IMG/VR virus record: IMGVR_UViG_3300030330_004701
Coordinates: 32,001-96,000 of that record
Length of the DNA stretch: 64,000 nt
Strand: one strand, 5' to 3'
Source of the DNA: a virus
Taxonomy: Duplodnaviria; Caudoviricetes
The notes under the pieces are model-generated. The model made no database searches. It was not told the origin of the DNA and was given only the letters and a program-made list of their open reading frames with translations. Below, one piece after another: positions 1 to 9,400 of the stretch. The translations under genes and the position numbers were made by a program. Each line of letters opens with the position of its first letter. The first letter of the stretch is position 1.

Positions 1-2
1 TC

Positions 3-833
3 TACGAAAACTCAGAAGATATTGCTGATGTTGAAGTTACCATCGAAAAATTAATTGATGGTGAAAAGCTTATTTACCTGTCTGCAGTAGGTAATGACGG
101 TAAGACAAATGTTGTTTCTGCCTCAGCTAAGCAATGTGATGTTTACTTAGCTATTTATGCAGATACCAACACCTCAACCAGTGGTCAAACACCGGAAAAG
201 GTTGTTAACTGTTCAGGTATGTATGTGAGCTCTATCTCTTATACTTATCCAGTTGATGGTAATGCAACTGAATCTGTCACTCTTGTCGGTAATGATAAGT
301 TCTGGTCAGACAACATAGCTGGAGTTATCGCTGATCCGAAAAGCAGCTACGGTAGTCCTGCAACAGGAACTGACGGAAGTGATGTTCCAGTTTCCGGTAT
401 CATCAGAAGAAATAATGTTGATGTCGCCGGTTCTACACTACCTGCAGAAGTGACAACACAAGGTCCTGCAGATAGTAGACACCTCCAAAATATCAGCATT
501 AGTGCTGACTTTGGTCGTGAAAACATTTTGGAACTTGGTCGCTTTGGACCTTATTACAAATACGCTACATTCCCATTTGAAGTTACTTCAGAATTTGAAG
601 TTATTGCTACAAGTGGTGACTTAGTTAGTGTATCTGGTAATGCAGAGAACTTAACAGACAGAACCATCGTCATCAAAGACCAAGCTGGTACTGTTATTGA
701 TTTAGGAACTAAGAATAAACTTACTTCCGTTTCTTATTCTGGTGGTGACACTGGTGGTGGAAACGCAACTGTTTCATTCTCTTACTCAACATTTAACGAT
801 ATTAAAGTTAATGGTGGAGGAGTTTACTACTAA
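3..833 (+). CDS. Putative major tail tube protein (5' truncated by window edge)
   Basis: Frame is open from position 3 (YENSEDIADVEVTIEK...). Beta-rich, small-residue protein with a tube-like RENILELGRFGPY motif. Lies upstream of chaperone-like genes and the TMP. Confidence 0.6.
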   Translation, partial: YENSEDIADVEVTIEKLIDGEKLIYLSAVGNDGKTNVVSASAKQCDVYLAIYADTNTSTSGQTPEKVVNCSGMYVSSISYTYPVDGNATESVTLVGNDKFWSDNIAGVIADPKSSYGSPATGTDGSDVPVSGIIRRNNVDVAGSTLPAEVTTQGPADSRHLQNISISADFGRENILELGRFGPYYKYATFPFEVTSEFEVIATSGDLVSVSGNAENLTDRTIVIKDQAGTVIDLGTKNKLTSVSYSGGDTGGGNATVSFSYSTFNDIKVNGGGVYY

Positions 834-917
834 TTTTTTGCGCGTTAGTCGATTTAGATATATAATATATTAGGACAGACGGCGAGCGCATTATAGTTTA
901 GGATTTTTTAGGACGGA

Positions 918-1970
918 ATGATGTCGAGTATCGAGATCGAAAAAACTTTATATAGAATTATACAAGGTCGTTTGCGCTACAAGGTGCATGACGACCTTGT
1001 TCTATATATACATGAACCAACACCTGAGTTAATATTTGAATCATATGAGGTATATGATGACGCTTATGATGAGGCTTATAGAAAAGGCGTTTTTGTAAAA
1101 CAGGAAATTATGCCTATACTTTTGGAAAACGACTACTGGTCGCCGCTTGATGATAAAGAAGCAGAACGACTGCAAAAAGAAATAGAAAACAAAAAGCTAG
1201 AGTGCTTCCAGAATTTTGTACATAAAAAACAATTGCTTAAATTAAAACGAGAGTTGGCGCGATTACAAAGTCTATGGGGTAAAGCTACATCTAAGAAGTT
1301 CAGTTTAGATAATATTACATGTTCAGGCACAGCATCATATACAAGATCAGTATTTATGATAGAAAAAACAACCAAATTCGCGGATGGTTCTCCATATGAC
1401 TGGAAAGAAGTATCGGTGTCAACAGCTGCTAGATTTTACAGAGAGAACTCAGTACCCGAAGAAACGCTGAGAGAAATAGCGCGCAGTGAACCTTGGAGGG
1501 GCATGTGGAACGGAGGCAAAGGCACACAGCTTTTCGGTGTTCCATTCTCTAAAATAACAGCGCTGCAATCTCGCCTCTGCTCTTACTCAAGAATGTATGA
1601 TAGCGTTTTTGAACATCCAGAATCCCCAAATGACAAAGTTATAGAAGATGACGACTGTCTAGATGGCTGGTTTATATTCCAGAAAAGAAAGAGGGAGAAG
1701 GAGAAGAAGCAAAGCGAAATAGATGGCATGATTACAAATGAGAAGATCCGCAACGCAGATGAGATCTATGTAGTTGCACAAAATAGAGAAGATGCCTCAG
1801 AAATATATAATATAAATGACCCTACTGCCAGAAACATTATCAGGGAAAGAGATCAGAAAATCACAGGGAAGGAGGGTATAAAGTTTACTGAACTTGATGA
1901 CGTTCAACGTCAATTACAAGTAGAAAAAAACAAGAAGTTTGCAGATACAATGCGTTCAAATAGAACCTAA
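918..1970 (+). CDS. Putative tail assembly chaperone-like protein A
   Basis: 350-aa charged helical protein between tube and TMP genes; N-half aligns by eye with 2342..3316. Confidence 0.45.
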   Translation: MMSSIEIEKTLYRIIQGRLRYKVHDDLVLYIHEPTPELIFESYEVYDDAYDEAYRKGVFVKQEIMPILLENDYWSPLDDKEAERLQKEIENKKLECFQNFVHKKQLLKLKRELARLQSLWGKATSKKFSLDNITCSGTASYTRSVFMIEKTTKFADGSPYDWKEVSVSTAARFYRENSVPEETLREIARSEPWRGMWNGGKGTQLFGVPFSKITALQSRLCSYSRMYDSVFEHPESPNDKVIEDDDCLDGWFIFQKRKREKEKKQSEIDGMITNEKIRNADEIYVVAQNREDASEIYNINDPTARNIIRERDQKITGKEGIKFTELDDVQRQLQVEKNKKFADTMRSNRT

Positions 1971-1986
1971 TTTTAAAGGAAAAAAG

Positions 1987-2352
1987 ATGGATGATTATAA
2001 TAGTTTGTTAAAAACATCTCTTGATCTTAAAAGAAAGAGAGATGAGAAATTTAAGGAGATATCGAAAGATCGTCTTTATCAAATAGCAAAGAAAAAGATT
2101 CAGACGACAATGATCGGAGCTTTAGATAGTATAGAAAAGAATTTTTCATTTTTATGGGAAAGTGACGGAGAGCCATCTCCAGAACAGACCCAGTTAAAAT
2201 CTATATTTGAAGAAGCTCGCGCGGAGATTCTAGATAGAGGAAATACACAAATCAGGAATCTTCAAGCGGAAATGACACATTACGATATTTCTTGGAAGAG
2301 ATACAAGTTAACTTTACCAGTGGTAGATAAAGGAGAAAAAGATGGTGAATAA
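1987..2352 (+). CDS. Hypothetical phage protein
   Basis: ATG at 1987 follows an AAGGA-like RBS; helical; overlaps next gene. Confidence 0.6.
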   Translation: MDDYNSLLKTSLDLKRKRDEKFKEISKDRLYQIAKKKIQTTMIGALDSIEKNFSFLWESDGEPSPEQTQLKSIFEEARAEILDRGNTQIRNLQAEMTHYDISWKRYKLTLPVVDKGEKDGE

Positions 2353-3316
2353 AGACGATGATTTTATCGAAGTTATTAGTGAGGACAAAGAGGGTAATGA
2401 AGTAAAGGTCTTTGTGAAAAAGCCCGGTACTAAAGAGTATAGAGAATCTCAAATTGAGTACAATAGAGCTTTTCGTGCTGCTTTAGAAAGCGGTGCAGTT
2501 CTTAAGAAAAGACTCAATGAGTATATGCGAGAACAAGGCATTTGGGATGATGAGAAAGAAACTCAAGAGCAGAAGCTTCTTAACTTAATGACTGATTCTG
2601 AAGCCGCTCTCAAAAAGGGTGGAATTCCTCTTGCTGAGGCAAAAGAACTGGCTCTTAAACTTAGAGCAACTAGGGCTGAGTTTAGAAGTCTTGTCGCTGA
2701 AAGAACAGTGCTTGATGGCAATACTGTAGAAGGCCAAGCTGATAACGCTAGGTTTAATGCTCTTTGTGTTGAGTGTATCTATAATAAAGATAAGAGAACT
2801 TTATCCTTTTCTAGTATTGAAGAGTATGACAAGCAGGGCGATCAGCCTTGGGCTGTGAAAGCTGCCGGAGAACTTGCCTCTGCTCTTTATCAGTTAGATC
2901 CGAACTATGATAATACATTAACAGAAAATAAGTTTTTGAAGGCTTACAATTTTGCTAATGAAAAGAATAGATTGATCAATGCTGATGGTCATCCAATTTT
3001 TATTGATAAGGAAGACAACAATAAAGAATACTTAATTAATGAAAATGGCAGATTTATTGCCTATCGTACAGACGAAGGCTATAAAAATCAAGATCCTGAA
3101 GATGCTTATCTCGTAAATAAAGAAGGTTTAGAGGTAGACGAAGATGGCGATCTTGTTGATGGATTCTCTCCATTCTTAGATGATTCTGGAAATCCTGTTC
3201 CGGTTCCTAAAAAAGCTGAAGATTCCACAGAAGAAGCTGAGGAAGAAGTAGCTGAAGAAGCGGAAAATGCACCAAAAAAGCGAGGTAGACCAAAAAAGAC
3301 TGAGGAAGTCTCGTAA
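2342..3316 (+). CDS. Putative tail assembly chaperone-like protein B
   Basis: 324 aa, acidic C-tail ending PKKRGRPKK; immediately upstream of the TMP. Confidence 0.45.
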   Translation: MVNKDDDFIEVISEDKEGNEVKVFVKKPGTKEYRESQIEYNRAFRAALESGAVLKKRLNEYMREQGIWDDEKETQEQKLLNLMTDSEAALKKGGIPLAEAKELALKLRATRAEFRSLVAERTVLDGNTVEGQADNARFNALCVECIYNKDKRTLSFSSIEEYDKQGDQPWAVKAAGELASALYQLDPNYDNTLTENKFLKAYNFANEKNRLINADGHPIFIDKEDNNKEYLINENGRFIAYRTDEGYKNQDPEDAYLVNKEGLEVDEDGDLVDGFSPFLDDSGNPVPVPKKAEDSTEEAEEEVAEEAENAPKKRGRPKKTEEVS

Positions 3317-3320
3317 TTTT

Positions 3321-3331
3321 GTGTATATAAT
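3321..3331 (+). promoter_or_regulatory. Putative late promoter GTGTATATAAT
   Basis: Intergenic TG-extended TATAAT; related motifs near 858-876 and 28874-28885. Confidence 0.4.
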
Positions 3332-3344
3332 TTTGGACAGTCTT

Positions 3345-3388
3345 AAAGGGGTAGTATTGATGCTTATGCATCGTGCTGCCCTTTTTTT
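3345..3388 (+). terminator. Intrinsic terminator/attenuator-like hairpin upstream of the TMP gene
   Basis: AAAGGGGTAGTATTGATGC-TTAT-GCATCGTGCTGCCCTTT stem (with G.U pairs) running into a 7-T tract. Confidence 0.6.
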
Positions 3389-3416
3389 ATTATGAACATC
3401 ACACGCGAGAGAAAAA

Positions 3417-6400
3417 ATGGCAAAATTCGTATTAACAGCACAAATGCAGTTGCAAGCGCCTACTAACTTAACGCAGGTACGCAACCAGATACAGCAACAG
3501 CTGAGCAATGTGACAATCAATCCACAGATTAATACGCAATCTTTAGCCAACGCCAATGCACAAATAGCAAATGTTGGCAAAGCTGCTAATAATGCCAGCA
3601 AGTCTTTAGGTAATGCCAGCAGATCTGCACAAAGTTTAGGATCGGCTCTCGGTGCTGCTGCCAGAAGATTTGCCTCGATTACCTTGGCAACAGGATTCTT
3701 CTTGGGTCTTGTTAGAGGTATATCTGATGCTGTCGGCAGGGCGGTCGAGTTTGAAAGAGAAATGCTCAAAATTAGTCAGGTTACTGGCAAGACCTCTGGA
3801 GAGCTCAGAGGCTTAACTAAAGAGGTTACTAGGCTTTCAATAGGCTTGGGCGTTAACTCTGCTGAACTATTGAATACAGCAAGGACTCTTAACCAAGCAG
3901 GTTTCTCTGCGCAGAAAACTAAAGCGGCTTTAGAGATATTGGCTAGAACTGATCTTGCTGCAACCTTTGAAAACCTACAGGCTACAACAGAAGGTGCAAT
4001 CGCTTTATTAAGACAGTTTAGAACTGAAGCAAGGGCTGCGGGTGGTGACATAAAATTCTTGGAGCAATCTTTAGATGCAATTAACGCTGTTTCTAAGAAC
4101 TTCGCTGTTGAAGCGGGAGACTTGATTGCAGTGATTCGTAGAACTGGGGGTGTGTTTGAAGCTGCGGGTGGTAAGTTAAATGAATTGATCGCCCTGTTTA
4201 CTTCTGTTCGTGGTACTACTCGTGAAACGGCGGAAACAATCGCTACTGGTTTTAGAACTATCTTTACTCGTATTCAGAGAACAGAAACTGTAGACCAGCT
4301 TAGAGAGCTAGGTATTGAGTTAAGAAATGCCAAAGGTGAGTTTGTTGGTCCGCTTGAAGCCATTAAGAGGTTGCAGATAGGGCTTGCGGGACTTTCTGCT
4401 ACAGACTTTAGATTTCAAGAAATCATCGAACAGCTTGGTGGTTTTAGACAGGTCGGTAAAGTTATCCCCCTCTTGAAGCAATATGAAACTACTGCTGAGG
4501 CGTTAGCTATTGCAAATAACGCTATGGGCTCAACTGCCGCTGATGCTGCAACAGCACAACAAGGTCTCGGAAATGCATTCCAAAAACTAAAGGAAAAGTT
4601 TGATTCGACGGTTCGTAATATTGCTGACAGTGATACATTCCAGACTTTAGCTAGAGGCGCCATAAAGTTAGCCGAATCTATTTTAAATGTAGTTGAGGCT
4701 TTAGAGCCTTTACTGCCGTTGCTCACATCTCTGGCGGCGTTTAAGCTTGGGCAGATAGCTATTCCGGCTTTTGGTAAGTTTGCCGGTATTGGAGGTAGAA
4801 ATCAAGGCGGTAAAATCTATGGGTTTAACAATGGAGGTTTTGTTCCGGGTACAGGAAATAGAGATACAGTTCCTGCAATGCTTACGCCCGGCGAATTTGT
4901 AATCAGAAAGTCTTCTGTTAAAAAAATTGGTGCTGCAAATTTAGCGGCAGTCAATGGGTACAATGACGGAGGTGAGGTTGATGTCTTTACTATAACTGGT
5001 ATGGAGGGCCGATTACCTGCTATAGGGTATACTCAGGCTACATCAGGAAATCGTGGAAAAACAATGCTAAGCGGACCTGTCAGGGATACTGTAAAAAATA
5101 AATATTCACACATGTTATCTAACACCAGTGAGGGAAAACGTGCTACAATGCCATCGGTGCTTAGACCTGAAGATAAAATAGTACTGAATACTCCGTTTAT
5201 TAATGCTCCAGCTAATAAAAGTTTGGCACAAGCTGGCGATACACAGTTCATAGAAAGACATTTAAAAACTGCGGTTCATGGGATGGCAACAGAGGTTGGA
5301 AATGCATTAGATATGGATGTTCCCCCACTTCTCGCATTTAATGAGTCAGCCGCAGCCAGTTCAGCCATGAAAGGTATAGATTTAAAAACAATCTCCGGGT
5401 ATATGTTTGAATCCATCGCTTCTACTTTATCTGGATCTCCCGTAGGCGGAAGCGGTGAATTTTTTGATATGCAACAGGCTAGAGCTTATACTGAAAAGCT
5501 TGAAAAACTATTTGCTGGTGAAGGCAGATTAGCAGGCATGCTCCAAATGGAACTCAAGAGGACACTTAACACTGAGAATCTCAGAGGCGCTGACGGTTCA
5601 CTTACAACAAAGTTGCTTAACAGTATGACAGGGGCAAACCCATTTGGTTTAAAAATGACTAGAACGGCTGGAACTCCAGATGATCCTATGAGCAGTTCTA
5701 GCCTCTTAGCTGGCATGAAATCAGCAAATGTAACACCCGGCGGAAGAACAAAGTTTTTTGGCGGTAGAATAGGAGCATATAACAAAGGTGGTTCGGTAGA
5801 CACTGTACCTGCAATGTTAACTCCCGGTGAATATGTGATAAATAAAAAAGCCGCCCAGTCTATAGGCTATGGCAATTTAAATAGAATGAACAAAAGCGGT
5901 GTGGCTCACTTCAACAGCGGAGGCGCAGTTCAACACTTTCAATTCGGAGGAGCGCCTACTAGCCCGAATCCTCTCGGCGCAGCTATGAGTGGCGGTGGTG
6001 GCGCTAACCCTATGGCTCAAGTCGATGCCGCAGCCAAAACACTCGCCAACGCCCTAACTTCTCTTGCTACTGCAGTTACTGGTTCGGTAGACGACATGAA
6101 CCTATTAGGGATGATAGATGATAATCTAGCAAAAGCCTCAACGCCTTTATTTAATGCTTTGCATAATGCCGCAGCTGGTATCGGCCCAATGGATGAAAAA
6201 ATAAATGGCATGCTTACTCCAGCAGCTACAACTCTAAGTTCAGAAATGGCAAGAGCAGGACAGGCGCTTTATGCTGGGCTTTCAGTTGTTGATGACCAAC
6301 TAAAGCAGCAGATGCAGGTTGCTGTTGAAGCTATAGTTGCTGCTTCTACAAATTTCGCTGGAGGCATCAGCACGTTAGATGATACATTGAGAACTCAGCT

Positions 6401-9400
6401 CCAATCAGCTCTCAATCCTTTAAAGCCTGTGATGACGGCACTTCAAGCAGAAATGAAGAAGGTTGGGACCGAGTTAATGAAGAAGATTGCCGTATTTGAT
6501 CAACTTAAAGATGATGTAGCAACACTGCAAGGAGAGATGCAAAAACTTGGTCAAGGATTTATTGAAAAATTAGACGACTTCAATCCAATAAAAGTTCAGG
6601 TTCCTGCAGTTGCAACTTCTCTGCAGTTCCTAAGCGAAAGTATAATTCTTTTTGTTCAAACAGTTGCTGGACTCCAAACCAATCTTGCCGGTGCAGTTGG
6701 CACAGCAGTGAACTCCTTTGCAGCAATGGGGTCAGGGGGAGCTAATCCATTCGCTGCCCTTAGTGGTCCTCTCGCAAAAACTAATAAGTTTGTACTCAAA
6801 ATCAATCAAGTCATGATGGGTGTTGGTGAACAGCTTTACCAGCTAGCATCAAATCTAGCAAATCTTAATAAAAGTGTAAGCAAGGGAAGTATAAGTATAA
6901 CTAATGTCGGTGGCGCTGCTTCAAACACTGGTCCGGTGATTGATGGTTTGGAGCAACAGATTATAAAACTGAAGGCTGAATTGGCCGAAGTTCAAAATCA
7001 AATGAATACGATGGGGAATCAGGCTGTAACCACTAAGGGTCCAGTTGGAAAAGGTGGCGGTGGCGGTGGCGGTGCAATGGCTGGCCTTGGCAATGCTGCA
7101 ATGATGGCTACATTCATGGCACCTATGCTATTAGAATTTACAAATCTAAGTGATGCAACAAAAGAGGCTGCAAGTAATGCGTTGATGCTAGCTGGCGTAT
7201 TAGGAATGCTCATAGTTCCTATGGGTAGATGGTTAGATAGTGTTGTGGCGGGTACTGCCGCTAACGTCAAAGAGACTATATCTTCTAATGTTAGTGCCGC
7301 ATCGGATATGGCTGAAGCGGGTGCTTCTGGAGTTAGTACTGGAGCAGACTTAGCAGAAGCTGGAGGCAGCGCTATTGCTACCGCAGCAGATACAGTTGAG
7401 GCTGGTTCATCTATAATGGCAGGCTTAGCAGCGATGGGCATGGCAATAGCTGCGGCGCCATTTACTATACTCGCAGTTGCTCTTACTGCGCTGATAGGTG
7501 TTGTTGCATATTTTCAAAGCTCATTAAAAAAGACAGCAGAAACAGCGGTTAAAGCATCAAACGAAATGTTGGATGCAGCTAGAGAAGGAGAAGGTAATGT
7601 TGATCGCGCTGAACTGGACAAGCAGGGTCGAATAGCTGTAAATGCTACCGCAAAAGGGGAGTCAGTAGGTTTTGGGAACCTTGCTAGTATTACGAGCGGT
7701 TTTAAAGGGTACTCCGGCGCATTTAAAAGATTGTCTGAGGGAACTTCTAAAGCGACTGATGCTCTTGTTCTTATTCCAGTTATAGGGCCATACATTGTTG
7801 GTTTGAGCGACGCAATGGATGAGCAAGCACAAGCAATGAGGTCAGGCCAAAAAGCTATGAAGCTTTTGAATGATGCTAGAGTAATAGAAGCTGAGTCCAC
7901 TGGTGCTCGCATCAGAGCAATGAAAAAAATAGAAGAGGCTGACCTTCAAGGGGCAGAAAGGAGAAAAGCTGTAACCAAAGCTAATGCTGATTTTACAAAG
8001 TCAACGAATGATTTAGCAGCTGCTAATGCTGCGCAGCTAGCTTATCTTGATAGTGATGTAGTTGCTAAGGGAATAATGAGTGCAGAGGAACTACAGGAAG
8101 CTCAGGATGACCTTAGTTCTAAAATAAAAGATAGGGCAAAGCAGCAACAAGAAATTACTGCAGAGGAGAGGGCTGCCTTGGATGAAATGATCAGCGAGAT
8201 GAGAGAGGGCGGTCAGTCATTCGCTGAAATATTTGGTAGTGAAGAATACAAAAAGCAATTACAAAAGATTGGTGACTCTGCGGCTGCAGCTGCTAAAATG
8301 GAGGCTCAGGCTAGTGGAGCTTCGAGGAAAGCCGGCCTAGAAGCAATAAACATGACCGAAGAGGAGTTCGATCAGCTACGAGGAGCAGAGAGGGAATTGG
8401 CTGTGGCGAGGATGCATGCGGCGCAACAGGCTTATGAAGCTAATGCGGCTGAGGAAGCCAGACAGAATGCTATGGAAGGAACAGATAAGAAACAGAGAGA
8501 ACTAGCTGAAGCGGAAATGAAAAGGATAGCAGAATTAGAAGCTCTTAGAGCCGCTGAAGTAGAGGTCATGAGGGCAGAGATTAAACGTAGAGAAGTATTG
8601 AATAGGTTGCAGTCAGCTCAAATATCATACATGAATACTGTTGATGGTATGATTGGGTCTATACAGGGGCTTTCTGGGGCGATACAAGATACTACAAATA
8701 ATTCTATCAAACTGGCGGAAACATTGCAGGATGGATTTACACCAGCAGCCTTTGCTGCCGCGTCCGATATTAGTCCAGTAATTGCAAATAATATTAAAGA
8801 AGGATTAGAAAAGAACAAAGAGCTCAGAGAAGGCTTCATGTCAATAACTCAAGCAAGCGGTGGCCAAAAACTTTCTATGAAGCAGAGAGAGGAAGCTCTT
8901 GCTGGTATAGGCATAGATCTTGACACTAGTGGCATATCTAAGGACATGCGGGACAAAGTAATGATCATGCTTGAAGACGGAATACAGCCAGACGAAATTG
9001 AAGAACTGGTTGGTATTTTTGGCGCGGAAGTCGGGACACAGATTGATTTATTAAAGCAAGTAAATGAGGCACAACAAAAACATATATCACTTATTCGAGA
9101 AGCGGGCAAGTTAGAGCTTGAAGCTAGAAAGAAAATTAGATCGGCAGTACTATTTGAAGTTGATGTAAGACAGAAGGGTGCTGATAGAATAAGAGAAGCG
9201 ACAGGTAAAGAAATAACAATAGCCGAAGCTCGGATGAATATGTTTGAAAAAGTCAATGCCATGACTATGGGTCAGGGCGGTCTAGGCGTTCAACAGTTAG
9301 GCAACAGGGCCTCAACTCTTTTAGACGAGAGAAATAAAATACAGGGCCGAAGAGACGCTAGAGGTAAAGAAGATGCCATAGATCAAAAAATGGCAAATGA

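Noticed and set aside
834-917. Structured ncRNA after the tube gene
   Set aside because: Only a weak imperfect inverted repeat (TGCGC...GCGCA) around an AT-rich promoter-like core; insufficient support.
918-3416. Programmed -1 frameshift for tail chaperones
   Set aside because: I could not identify a slippery site that would give a sensible fusion, and each ORF has its own start and RBS-like sequence.
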